DNA of 63,481 bases, counting the filler, from Platydemus manokwari (Eukaryota): assembly GCA_037951405.1 (NCBI GenBank). It is 5 parts of 5 records of this genome, joined end to end, with 100 filler letters (N's around TTAATTAATTAA, not from the genome) between each part and the next. Parts side by side here need not be neighbours in the genome. Positions count along the whole stretch, not along the records: positions 18,797 to 29,091 come from JBBMOY011147549.1; positions 29,192 to 39,769 come from JBBMOY011110219.1; 3 more parts are not named here. One strand, written 5' to 3'. Positions 24,991 through 37,745 of the stretch are shown here, piece after piece. The notes beneath the pieces are model-generated. The model searched no databases. It saw only the letters and a program-made list of their open reading frames with translations, and had not been told where the DNA came from. The position numbers and the translations under genes were made by a program. The stretch's first letter is position 1. Each line of letters starts with the position of its first letter.

Positions 24991-24998
24991 TTATTCAT
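24991..24998 (-). CDS. C2H2 zinc-finger protein, coding part of exon 1 (ATG AAT AA)
   Basis: ATG at 24998-96 followed by a consensus GTAAGT donor; phase 2 matches exon 2 (8+961 = 969 nt = 323 codons including stop). Confidence 0.7.
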
Positions 24999-26489
24999 GC
25001 GTATTGATTGTTTGGATTGTTTAATAAATATGCTATTTTATTCAAAATGGATATATATTGTTACTCGATTGCTCATAAGAATGAAATCCCACGAAATTGT
25101 TTGTAGGATGGGTAAATTCAATTGAATAAAATCGATAGACTGACAATACTTTATTAGTCATTATAATTTAATCATTAATAATACAATCATGCTTGAGGAA
25201 TTAAGATGTAAAACAATGGAGTTTTATCGAAGCATTGCCGGTTTTCAAAATAATCATTGTTTACAAAGACAGGCGAATGGAAATGAAATAAACTGTTAAA
25301 ATCTATCTTACGAAGACCACGGCTTAAAATCCTATTTTGATTTCAATGAACCATAAGATAATTGTTATTTATTGGATATTACAAGCCGGGCTTTGACGAG
25401 TGTCAAAGATGTTTGGGACAACATTTTTGAATGAGTGATATTTGTCGAGTATGGTTGGAATTATTATTCCATACACCGTAAGTCGATTATTAAAAATGTT
25501 AACAAATTCTTCGCAATATATATAAAAAAATTAAATATATATATAAAATTAAATTTTACCTATTTTCCTCGAAATTTTTTATTGCTGAAAATTATTTTTA
25601 ATTCTGTTGTTGAATTTATTTTAATTTTAATAATTTATCGATGTGATCATTTTTATATTGAAAAAATATTTTTTTTTGGTTTTAACCAACTCTGTATGTG
25701 TTTTATTGAAAATTTTTAATTATTTTTTTCTCGAGTGCATGGTTGCAGAGACTGATTATTCTTACTACTCGACGAAATACATAGCTACACAAAGACAAAT
25801 GGAATAATAAAATTACAACAAACACACCAGAAATAAAAACTGAAAACACAATTCGATGCAGCAATAATATTGAAGAAAGAATTTGAAAAATTTATTTTAT
25901 TACAACAAAACTATAGAATATTGGGATAGGAAAAGTTCATCGTTTAACCCAAACAACAAACAAATAAACAAAAAACAACAACAAAAACAACAATAACAAT
26001 AACAAAAACAACAGAAAGACCTTGCTTGACAAATGAATGCAGAGAGATGCAAAGATTAGGCGTGACTGAGAATTTATTTATTCTCAAAAGACAGTTCATA
26101 ATGTTGTTTGTTTGCTTTGTTTTTACAAATCAATTGATATGATTTTGTATGTCCAATGTGGTATTTAAAAGTGTAAATGATAATTATCATCAACTTATGA
26201 GGAACCCAGGAATTACTTTCAAACCAATTAATATTTTCTTGAATCTTTGAAGAAAATGACCCAACAGAATTGATTTAGAAAATTATAATAACAATCAGAA
26301 ACACATATTTTGAAAGATATATTCATCTTTTGGTTAAAGTCTCCTATCGGATAATCTTATATATCAATCCTTTTACTCAATTCTATTAAATACAATCATA
26401 TGTTTTCATCAGTTCATAATCTAGAAAATTATGATTTCAGATGTATTTGAGCTTCATTGATGAATGAGATTTATCGAGTGAATAAATCT

Positions 26490-27135
26490 GCAATAAACAG
26501 AAACCTCTACAATTCAATGGCTCACATTTTACATTGAATGTTTTGAGGAATGCCATCGCAGGAACGGTTTTAGGTCGTATTGTTCTCATGAAACGACCTT
26601 CAAGCGCCTAGGTAATTTATATACTCAATCCTAGTCATTCTCATATACAGATAAATCGGCGGTCAACTGCAAAAATACGAAATAATGAATGAGTGAATTG
26701 AAGAAAATTACTTTGATATTTTTTTAGAATATCAAATAGAGAAAAATACCAATTTATCGATCCAACTCTTCATACATTTTCTCGTTCTCTTCACAGTAGA
26801 ATAATTCAGACAACATCGGCCATTATCGATATCAGAATTATAGATATCAACGATCATTCTCCGGTACAATTTGAGAATCCAGTGAAATGTTTGGTTCCAG
26901 ATTCGTGAATCATTCAAAGCCAATTGGCTAAACTACGGCAACAGATTTGTATAAAGAATCAAACATCACTTTCGAATTCGATTTTAGCCATCCTGGAAGT
27001 TTTTCGTTGATTTATTTCTATCGTTTGGATTTTTCGACGAGGGTTCTGTTTGTGAAATCTCCAATACATTGTACAGAATCTGCCAGACATATTTTGAATG
27101 TAATAGTCTCGGACAATGACTCACCTAGCAAGTCC
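26490..27135 (+). pseudogene. Decayed cadherin/protocadherin extracellular-repeat exons
   Basis: PLQFNGSHFTLNVLRNAIAGTVLGRIV (~26500-26585), IIDIRIIDINDHSPVQFE (DxNDNxP motif, ~26822-26875), then PIG*TTATDLYKESNITF...HILNVIVSDNDSPSKS. In-frame stops, frameshifts and degenerate Ca-binding motifs. Confidence 0.75.
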
Positions 27136-28384
27136 GTTATCGGAATGAATTAGATTTTAAAACATTGAACAAAATAGCGATTTAAAAATAACGATTTAAG
27201 CGCTTATTATCAATCTGCTATCGTTTGAACTTTGTGAAACTAAATAGTTGAGTGAATTTGGTGGTGGTGCAAGTTGTGATTTTATTTATTGTTACTATAT
27301 TATATATAAAATAAATAAATAACAAATTTCGTTTTTAAATAATTTTGAATAATAATAATAAATCGTTACATTTGCAAATGGATACACAGATTAAATGAAT
27401 TAATTTATGATTTTATCGGTTGCACATTCGTTTTATTGCATTTAAATCCAATAAATTCCGAACGGTCTCATTCTTCGAAGTTGTTTTCATAAAACTTAAA
27501 ACAAGAATTTCAAATAAGTCGTCTTTATATTATTGATTTAAAATTTATTAATAAATTATATTATTTTAGTGATGGCTTCTGCACCTAAAAGTACAATTTC
27601 AATTGGAAACAAGTCAAAAATACAAAGCATGTTCGATTTGCAATCGATTGTGAACGCCATATTGACTCAGATAAAAAGAAATATTGTGTAAATTCAAGTT
27701 ATTATTACGATAATTATAATAATTTTATTATTATGACGATAATCTGGTATTTTTATTTTTTAGTATTAATTATTTAAATTTTTATTATTTTTTAAATATA
27801 TTTTTATTTTTTTTACTATTAATTAATTTATTATTTTGATTTCTATTATAAATAATTTTTATTAATTAATTAATTAATAAAAAATATTTTTTTTATTTCA
27901 ATATTAACTGATTAATATTTTTAATATTGATAAAATTATCGAATTCTTTTTGTTAATTATAAAATAATTATAAAATAAGTAAATATTTGAATTTTATTTA
28001 TTTATTTTCATTGTGATTTTAATATATTCTTATCAAAATTTGTCAATTTTGTTTTAATGATTGAAGTAACTCAATGAATTTCAATCATCACTAATAAAAT
28101 TAGTAATTTTCTTTTATTGATTCAATTAATTTTCTAAAATTAATTAATGTTCCAATCAATTTGAATTTTATTAAAATTTGTTTTCAATTAATAAATTATT
28201 TTGATTTTTATTTATATATTTTTCAAATGACTTGTTAAATAATTTGAAAATAAATTGCATTAATGAATTCATTGCTAATATTATCAGCTAGTTAAATTTA
28301 TGCTTTATTTTAACAATCGTAATGTAATATACTTTCGTAAAATTAAATAGATATGTATATATAGCGGCTTACAATTATTATTAA

Positions 28385-28385
<1 letters not shown>

Positions 28386-28420
<35 letters not shown>
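28386..28420. repeat. (ATT)n microsatellite within an extremely AT-rich low-complexity tract (~27700-28420)
   Basis: About 11 perfect ATT units. Confidence 0.9.
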
Positions 28421-28421
<1 letters not shown>

Positions 28422-28799
28422 AATTTTGATATTAATATTCTAAGGAAATCTACAATCTTTAACTTAACAATGCGTCACTCAATATATTTATTCTTTCATT
28501 GTCTTGTAAATCGCCTTCTCGGTCAAATCGTTGAAATTTTACGAAAACTCCTGTTTGGGGATTTATTGCAAAATGTTTTGATGGGTACTGAATGGAGAAT
28601 TTTCTGGCTTAATTTTCACTAATAAATCGAGAAATTCCCCACGAAAGTGCCAGCTGGTCGATTATCTCCAACAATAGTTAGTTGGGTATCATTAGCATTA
28701 GTTGTTGGGTATCATATCGTATATGACGAATATTGTCATGAGATGATGTCATAAAACACAAACATTTCGCTCTCAATGTATGATAAACATATAATTATT

Positions 28800-28892
28800 T
28801 TATCTCTCTTCTTGCCCAATATGATTAGTAGCAAAATTGAAATCACCAATAACAGAGCCAGGAGCTGAATAGTAAGATATTATTAATGTTAC
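28800..28892 (-). mobile_element. Fragment of non-LTR retrotransposon APE-type endonuclease
   Basis: VTLIISYYSAPGSVIGDFNFATNHIG carries the YxPP-like and GDFN motifs, brought together by an apparent internal deletion. Confidence 0.45.
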
Positions 28893-29091
28893 GTTCCGTT
28901 GGAAGAAATTGTCAACAGATTTTTTTCTCCGTTGTCGATTTAAAATGTTTTCAATAAAGCATGTTCATTGCACCTATACTAGATCTGATACGGAAATACT
29001 CAATCTGATAAATGAATTACCATTAATTATTGGCACGTGACAACCTGTTCAGGTAGCGACCTTTGAGGTAGAAATATAGACATCTCGTTAA

Positions 29092-29191
29092 NNNNNNNNN
29101 NNNNNNNNNNNNNNNNNNNNNNNNNNNNNNNNNNNTTAATTAATTAANNNNNNNNNNNNNNNNNNNNNNNNNNNNNNNNNNNNNNNNNNNN
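29092..29191. other. Artificial contig-joining spacer
   Basis: 44 N + TTAATTAATTAA + 44 N. Confidence 0.98.
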
Positions 29192-29717
29192 ATGATTTAC
29201 TACAGCACACACACAAGTGTTTACATCTGGTGTCAAATTCCGGTTATTAAGTTATAGACCCAATATATAAAATTTCCAAACCGTTGGGTTGGTGACCGAG
29301 AAAATCTTTTGAAGTGTTCGTCGAGATTAGTAGATTTATGATTTCGCTCTTTTGGTTCATAAAAAAGAAGATTAATAGTATATCAGAGTAATTCCGAAAC
29401 CTTTTATAAATTTGACAATTAAATTTGAAAGTGAAAATCGTTATAAAACGAGACTTGTACACTGTGAACGTTTGAAAAATACATTACATATAATTAAATC
29501 GAAAATTGCTATAACATACTCAAGCAAGTATTTTAATTATAAGATTTCTCTTAAATTACTCTTTATACCAACTATTCGATTACAATTGGGTTGATTAATC
29601 CGAAAATCCAAGCTCTTTTTTGAATTAAATTTCTAATAATTTTTAAAAGTTTCGGATTAATGTTGTTTAAATGTTAAGCTTGTTTATAATTTTAATTTAT
29701 TTATATTAAATATCCAT

Positions 29718-30990
29718 ATGGCTAGAAAAAGAACTGAAATTACAATTCATCAAAGGGTAAAAAAATTGTGCAATAAAATAGTCAAAGAAAATGTCGCTGA
29801 GTAAATTGTCTCAAGTTATCAGAAGATAATTAAACCTGGACCTAGGAATTTCTACGTTAACAGAAATTTTGAAAAATAAAGAGAAATGGGAAAATTGTGA
29901 AAGCTCAAACACTTACTCCAGACAATCTTTGAAAATTCATTCTCTGTTTGAGAATTCATTGATCGAATGGATATTTCGAATAGATGTGATAAATGGTTAC
30001 TTGACTGATGAAATTATCATTACAAAAGCAGAGGAATTTGGACAAAAACAAAATGTTGATGACCTGCAATTCAGCAAAAGTTGACTCTACACATTCAAAA
30101 ATCTATGTAATCTGAAATTGAAAGTTCTCGGTGGATGTTTCAGAACCATTGGAAAAAATGGTTGAAAAATTAGCAGGAATTGGCCTAGAAGTTATACTTA
30201 ATATTGATGAAATTGGACTTTTTTTCAAGCATTTCCTACAAGATCGATTTCATCAAGTGCAAGAAAAGGCATAAAATAATCTAAAGTTAGAATAACCATT
30301 GCTTTATGTTCAAATGCTATTGGATCACTTAAATTACACCCTTTGTTATTGGACATAGCAAGCAACCAAGATGTTTTAAAGGATTTATTGTTGTAAGGTA
30401 CTGTAATTACCACGGAAATTCGAAAGCATGGATGATCACCGATTTGTTTAATTGTTTTCTGCTGCATTTTGATAATGAACTGAGAAAATACAAGAAGAAA
30501 TTTTATGTACTTCTTGATAACGCTCCAAATAATAATGGCTTTAAGAAATGTTTTCAGAACAATAAAGTTATAATGCTTCCGAAGAACTCAACTGCTCATC
30601 TTCAACCCATGGATGCAGGTATAATAAAAAATTTAAAGCATTATTACAGTAAAAGTTAGTAGTTGATTACATTCAATGGCTTGATCAAAAAAAGCCTTTG
30701 TTGTTAATTTTAGGAAAGCCATATTGATACTCCATGAAGCTTGGGAAGATGTGAAAGAAGAAACCATAAAAAATTGTTTCAAAAAGGTTGCGATTATTCC
30801 AAGTATTCATGGATCTTATGCTGAAGAAAACTTGCCATCAGATCCCGTTGTTGAGACACACAAGAATGAGCTTGACCAAAACATGGTTGAAGATGATATG
30901 ATCCAAACAAACGAAGTCATTGATGATGATGAAATCATTTCACTGTTTCAAGAAGTAATGGTGGCGTCTTACAGATTTATTAAGATGTGA
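29718..30990 (+). mobile_element. Tigger/pogo (CENP-B-like) DNA transposon, inactivated transposase
   Basis: MARKRTEITIHQRV (psq-type HTH); FENSLIEWI...LTDEIIITKAEEF...LQFSKS (CENP-B HTH); NIDEIGLF; RITIALCSNAIGS; SKAWMITDLF...LLDNAP...LPKNSTAHLQPMDAGIIKNLKHYY (DDD core); EAWEDVKEETIKNCFKK. Several frameshifts and stops. Inverted TTAATCCGAAA/TTTCGGATTAA pair at ~29595-29661. Confidence 0.93.
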
Positions 30991-33469
30991 ATGTAACGAA
31001 ATTAAGTGAGGCATATTAAATGTAATTCGACAATATTAAACATAATAGAATTATTGAAAATTATTTAAAATAAAATGGGGAAAGTGCTAAGATATTTGAC
31101 TACAAGAGTTGATTGAAATGATGATTTGACTTTGTGGTTGCTGGTATATTATAAAATTAATAGATAAATCAAATAACGGGTGATGCATTGATTTATAAAT
31201 AAAATTTTAGGAAATAATATCGCATCACACATTTTATCATATTGATTAATATCATTCAGATTTTAAAAATATTTCTATCTTACTGAACTTAAAAATTCCT
31301 TATTTCATAAATAAATTTAATATCACCATAAAACAAAACCTATCGTATAAGAATCGTAATAAATTACGCAACTGGTTTGAATAACAATGATAACTGTGAC
31401 TGTACCTGGATATTGGCTCCACTGATTCCGTTAATCAATCTCATAAATGTATTACTTTTGTTTCTATCGCTATATAAATTATTCCCGAATGAATAGAGTT
31501 GGCGTTTGACCACCGGTTTGAAATTTTAATATAATATAATGGCAGTGAAGTGTCAGATGTTTTATTTTCGAAATGAAAAATAAAATATCGAATAGATATT
31601 TCATTATTTAATTTATTTCAATAGATATTACAGAAGCGCACGTTTAATGGATCAAAAAATGACAATGATACAAAAGAAAGAGGAATAATAATCTTAGAAA
31701 TTTCAATAGCCAAATTTATTTAATCAATTATGTGACATTTGTGATGAACGATTTATAGAATATTTGGTTCCAAAATAAGATAAATCTGTAAAATATTGTT
31801 CTCATTTTGTTTCAGTTTAATAAACGAATAAACAATGTTAACTGATATCTTTAAATTACGACATTCGTTAAAATTCTTCAATGAGTATTATTCACAAATA
31901 AAGACTACAGGAAAACTTTTAGAATAAATCGAGAAGTTCATTTTGAAAACTGTTATTGTAGATGTTGAAGAAATCTTTTTGTGAAATAGAAAAGTTGGCC
32001 AGTCAAAAGATTTGGAAATAAAGAAGTTTTTATACTGTATATGTCTGTTAAAAACTTCTTTTTGGATCCACTTGATTTTATTAGTAATACATTAAATATG
32101 TAAAATTTGGGGAAAAATTTGAGAATAAAAACATTTTGTATTTGTGTTTATCTAGCAGACTAAGTACAAGTTTTATGTTATTGATTTTCTAAAAGTTGTT
32201 TAAATATCGTTTTGATTTACGAGTGATAATTTTTGAATAAAAATCTATTAAATACCACATGTTTGTATATTTGGATGTAGCTCTTTTATCTCCAGACTTG
32301 GGAACCCACTGTTCCATACCATTGAATATTGAATAAATTTCATTAAAACTTTCATTTGATGAGTTAAAATCGTTTTTTCACGAGTCACTATTTTCACCTG
32401 ATTTTACAATGTGTAACCTTGTATAGTTATTTGTTAAATATATTCTGCTAAAATTGCAGCAATCACTAATAGCAAAAGAACAGTTTCAAAATACATTGTA
32501 AAATGGCTTATCATTTCCAGTCTATCTAAGTAACTGATAATAATTCTGATTTATTAACAATATTAAAGGAAATTCGAGGTAACTATTGATCAAGATATAA
32601 AAAGTCTCGATTTAAGATTACGGAAAATTTACGAATTTGGAAATTTTCCTATGTCAATGGAGTACATTTTATTTTATTGTTAGGGTCTTCTTTTGACATC
32701 ATTTGCTTTTTATCGTAATTGGTCAGGCCGAATATATTTACTAGTTAATGTTTTTTATTATCTTAACAAATTTCAGACTGGACTCCATGTAAGGATTAAT
32801 ACATAATCCTCTTTTTATTGTCTATTATCAATTTGCTTTCATTTTTAATATAACATTAAGCCTGAAAACGTTTGCTGCTGCATACTACGGTTTTATTATT
32901 TTATAAATAATAAAATTGTTTAAATACATCATTATTCCCTTAAGGTCGAATATTAGAGTTAAGAAAATTAAATTTCCGTTCGGTGATTATATTATTATGC
33001 CTACTACTTTTCATTATCATCCTAAACTTTATTTATTAATAAAATGATAATATACCATTTTTCTATTTAGAGAAATTTTAAAGTACTTCTCAAAAAATCA
33101 ATCAATTAAGATAAAGTTTAAATCTAAGTAAAATTTTAAATAACTCATTAAATATTTATTTTTCAAAACTTTGCCTGTTCAACTAATTCATAGGAAAAGT
33201 ACTTTTCAACGAATAAAAATTCAGATTTTTTAATTTTTTAAAGCAGAAAAAGAAATTTAAAAACTGAGAAACGACTGTGATAAGTTTTCAAAAGCATTTT
33301 TCGAAATTTAATAATAAATTGGTGTATCAACGAATAATTGATAAAATATTTTAGTGAATATTAGAAAATTAAATGTAAATCATTCGAAATAAATATTACA
33401 TTATCGTTATATTATCTCAGTAGAAATGAATTGTTACAATTTATAGACAACAATAATCGATGATGCACA

Positions 33470-33598
33470 TCATTTAAAATATTCATCAGGACTAATTCTT
33501 CGTTTTTTCAAATAATCTGTCCACTTTTTTGCAAGTAATGGTGGATATCTTTCATAGTTGGGACGATTGAATTGAAATTCATCCAGTGAACTTGACAC
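33470..33598 (-). CDS. Candidate terminal coding exon of an unidentified gene (possibly the tail of the receptor-like locus upstream)
   Basis: catttAG acceptor (plus ct 33599-600); open frame VSSSLDEFQFNRPNYERYPPLLAKKWTDYLKKRRISPDEYFK-stop. Confidence 0.4.
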   Translation of the reverse strand: MSSSLDEFQFNRPNYERYPPLLAKKWTDYLKKRRISPDEYFK

Positions 33599-35104
33599 CT
33601 AAATGAATTCGATCAAATATCATCATAAAATACAAATGCAACTCATACAATGATATTGGTTTCAAAACAACAAACAAAGAATATGATAAACAATCCTTTC
33701 AATACCATATCTAATGTATTTCTTTTCGAATACAAAGAAATTTATAGTCATGTTTGACGAATGGGAAAACTGGGCTTTAACCAATTGAATGAAGCTGGAT
33801 TAATGGAATCTGCACAATGGCATTGTTAGATATGCCATTATTGTTTCGATGCCATCTGTCATTGGTCAGGTTTTACGGCCAATGGAAATCAAAAAATACA
33901 ACATGTTTTAATCAATCAATAAGCTGGTTGTTTAAAATCGAAAGTGTTAAGCTTTGCAAGGTTTCTGTAAACATTCAACAATCACTTGAGGTAGAAATCA
34001 GAAATTATATGATGGCAAATTGTCGTGTGGGATTTGATATTGATTTAAAAGCTGGTAAGTGATTTTTGACAAAATATTTTTTGAAATAAAACTTAAATTT
34101 CAAGAAAAGTCGATTTGGAAATATAATATTGAATTTCAAATTCTAAAGGTTTATTTGACGGTTCCGATGCCGAATTTTCGCTATCGGTGTTGAAAATTTA
34201 TATTTTATTCCCTCACTTGAATGTGATCTCAATTCAGAACCGAAAATTTTATTTGATAATTTTCTTTCACTGAAATAAATTAATTACAAATCCGGCTTTA
34301 TTTATCGATAATTGGAAACATGTGTTAACTGATTTGTTAATTAATAATGTGTTAATGTTTATTTGTTCTCGTTGAGTGAAACTGGACAAAGATCTGGTGG
34401 CATGCGTATGAAACTAATAATTTTACTAAACTGTTGCTACACTACTTTTTTCGGTACGGCCGTACCAGCGAAGCCTGTTGTCGATCGTATTTTGAGAAGA
34501 GAGTCAGATTTTGTTATTGTTGCCAAACCATTAATGTGGATTCACCATGATATCGTTCATATTATTGAAATTATGATTTTTATGTTTGACTCATTTGGGG
34601 ACGATAATCGGGGGTGAATCATATGGCTCAACTTTAGAGAAAGATTTATAGAAGAAAGGATTATCATAACCTGTCTTATACATGAAACTGAGGCAGAAGT
34701 ACCAATGAAAAAAGAAAGTATTTAGTGACAAACTCAATGCTTTTAGAATCCTATCTTGGTTATAATGACATGACAATGTATTTTTAAATTTATATTATAA
34801 TATGACATAAAGTTGGAAATAATGAAGGACCCGGGGCTGGTTGGTGAAGGAATTTTGTTCCGGATCTATTTCTTTGTGGCCAAAATCCTTTCCATAGTTA
34901 AATAAAGCTCGGTTATTACTTTCTGTCAAAAAGAATGTATTTTACAGTTAATCTATCAACGTCTAATGGGCTATAAATTCCACCTTTTCTTTACCAATGT
35001 TAATCGGAAGATATTCAATAAATTGTAAAATCTTGAAGTATGGATTCGAATAAAATTAACATCAACTTCAACAGTAATTTTATAAACGAATTGCTTCACA
35101 ATAA

Positions 35105-36775
35105 TCACAGTTTTCGTTCATAAAATTATACATTTCCCACAAATATATCCATAATAATTGCTAAACGAAGAGCGAATCCATAAACCACTAAATTATCAAG
35201 TGTGATTAAAAAAATCGAATGTAGGAATCGTATTTTGAATACAAGCAAAATAAATGCATTTTATATATAATGCATATTCAGCATTAAAATAAATTTATTT
35301 ACGATATTTTTAAATATGATAAAAAATTTAATTACGAAATAGATAATTAAACATTGCTTTTGTTTCGAAATATTGGATAAATTCAAAAGATTTATTACAA
35401 TAACAACATGTCACATTTAGGTATCATCTCGAGAATTCAAAAGAAATCATTCTTTATGCATGAAGATAATGAACTCACATTTATCAATCCTATTATTCGA
35501 CTGATGGTGAAATGAAAATGAGATTATAATGGATTTTATGCCAGTTTTTTTTCCATCTGTTGGTGAGAAGCTTGTTTATTTCCTCATCTCGAGCAACATT
35601 GTTTTTTATTAGAATCTCGTGAATTTTTTCTGTTATTATTCCGTATTCCATATCGATAATGGTTTGTAATTCGAATGGAAAATTTTTGGCATGCACCTTC
35701 CGCCTGATAGATCAAAATCTGATAAATGAAACAGGTAATAATGAACAAATCCATTGACAATTTCATGGAATATTGTCATTTTATAAATGAATAGATTATT
35801 TTTAACTTGTCATTTGTGATGATTTGTTTGAATGAATAGATCTTTATAATATTTTTTCGAATCTTTATTGAAATATAAATCGATTAAAAGATACTATTAA
35901 TTTTTTTCGTTGTTTTAATTAATGTTTTTTGGAAATTATTTGATAGAAATATTTTTCCTTCAATATAATATGTGTGTGTGCGTGTGTGTGAGAGAGAGTC
36001 CTATTTTGAAATAAGAAGCTAATTATTAGAGTTTATAATAACGATATACACTTGTTTTCAATGTTTTCTACTTAGAGGAAATACGTTGCAAATATATTTA
36101 TATATTATGGAATAAAATAATCAAACTATCTGCTTAATTTCAAGCCTCGATATCGAAGGTTTAAAATCACCAGACTGTCTGTTAACTAATCTAAATATTA
36201 TTAATTCTCGCAATGTTTCTGTCAACCAATAGCAAATTCCATTAAGAACACGCATCTGAATTTGTATATCCAAACCGACAGTAATGTCGTCTTATCCTTT
36301 CACTTTTTATCATAAAGAAAAAAAATATCAACTGTCCTTTATTAAAATATGTTTCTAGCTATTTGGTAACAGTAGGTTAATGTTTGAATAAAACGTATTA
36401 AGAAATTGATGTAGAATTGAGTTGACCAATAGTTTTCTTTTTGTCAGCCTTTCTTTCATTTTGTACCGATGAATGAAAATAACGTTGTCCTTCATAATGA
36501 ATATTTCAGTAAATATATATACGACCATTAATAATAAAATGAATATATAGCCAACCACGCCAATGGACAATTGGATTGATGAGAGTAAATATGCAAATAT
36601 ACTGAAATAGGAGAAACGATATATCGATGTAATCCGAGGCCAATAATTTGAAACTGTCTACAGCCTGGGATCACCTGTTTTTTGGATGGAAATGGCTAGC
36701 GAAATTTGAGTAATTTAAACCTCCAATTAAACCCATTTCAAGCAAAACATGATCATTTCCAGAATCAATATAATC
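35105..36775 (-). pseudogene. Decayed ionotropic glutamate receptor / ionotropic receptor (IR)-like gene
   Basis: Segments occur in the correct order on the minus strand: S1-like EMGLIGGL; M1-like IFAYLLSSIQLSIGVVGYIFILLLMVVYIFTE; pore-like LVNSILHQFLNTFYSNINLLLPNS; S2-like MEYGIITEK...DEEINKLL; M4-like LITLDNLVVYGFALRLAIIMDIFVGNV*FYERK (cf. LTLxNxxGxFxxL...VxxxEFxY). Many stops and frameshifts. Confidence 0.5.
35970..35998. repeat. Compound (TG)n(AG)n microsatellite
   Basis: tgtgtgtgtgcgtgtgtgtgagagagag, directly visible. Confidence 0.85.
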
Positions 36776-37061
36776 TCATAGTCCTAGTTTGATAAGCATC
36801 AGATAATTATCAATGATGATGTTTACTATCAAATGTAATATTAGTATTGTCGATTAGCATCAATATATTTTGCTATATTTGCTTAGGAATCTTTAATCAA
36901 TATAATGGGTGGGCCAATTTAAAAATCAATTGATGCGTAATGCTTATTTTAAAGGGGAAGTATATTGATTTTTAAAATATAACTTTAATTTATCTGAATA
37001 TTTTAACAAAATATACTTTTTTAACATCAAGTTCTTAAATTCTTTTTCAATATATACAGAG

Positions 37062-37745
37062 CAGTGGTTCATCCAGTACACTCCAGGGTTCCGCTATTTC
37101 TAAATGAGAACAACGAAGAAATAAATAACATGTTCAATTCAATTTCAAAAATCTATTTTATTTTTATTATTATTTTATTATAATTTTTATTATTTTATTA
37201 TTATTTATTGTTTAAATATTCTAAATTCAACATAATTAAACTCTCTAAATTTAAAATGTCACTTTGTCCAACCAGTATTAGGTTTGCTTTTATATATTTT
37301 GCTTAACGGTTGAAAAGGAATATCCTGCAATTACCCAGAAAGCGTTAGGACTTCATGTGCAATTTCATAACTCATATTTGTGTGCATTTGGATTTTCAGC
37401 TCTGACAACCATCAAACACAAGAATCGAGCACAATTGCTGTCTGTAGAAGATGAACTTCATGTGTGTGTCTGTCAAAAACACAACCTAATCTTAAAGAGT
37501 TGTGCAAGAAACACTAGGCTCAAATTTCCCACTGTGTTTTTGATCAGAATAAATTCAGTCTATTCAAACATGTATAATTTTGTTTTCATTTCATCAACCA
37601 ACATGTACAATACTCCGGACATAAATAATTTTATTTTATTTTTAAAAATAAATGCTGTTGTCCGCATAAAACAATTAAATTATTGCATAAAGATTCCTAG
37701 AGCTAGAGGAATCTTTCCTTGAGGTTCCTCTGAAGTTAAAAGGTA
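37062..37745 (+). mobile_element. Non-autonomous hAT (Buster/ZBED5-like) element carrying the dimerisation-domain remnant
   Basis: Starts CAGTGGTTC. KEYPAITQKALGLHVQFHNSYLCAFGFSALTTIKHKNRAQLLSVEDELHVCV matches the hATC consensus YLCExGFSxLxxIKxKxRxxL. Homologous to the copy at 52050-52390. Confidence 0.85.

Noticed and set aside
29224-31559. CATCTG…CAGATG with internal AAAATTT-CAAACCG similarity as TIRs of the Tigger element
   Set aside because: The similarity is patchy, the right TA target is absent and the termini do not match the usual CAG start of pogo TIRs; boundaries left undefined.
33817-34617. Plus-strand ORFs 33817..34062 and 34363..34617
   Set aside because: No recognisable motifs; likely antisense shadows of decayed minus-strand coding sequence, although a GTAAGT at 34055 leaves some doubt.
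35584-35766. Signal peptide plus Delta N-terminal-like ORF (…KKQCCSR)
   Set aside because: It ends in a stop with no donor, lies on a different contig from the DSL exons, and is better explained as part of the decayed receptor S2 region.
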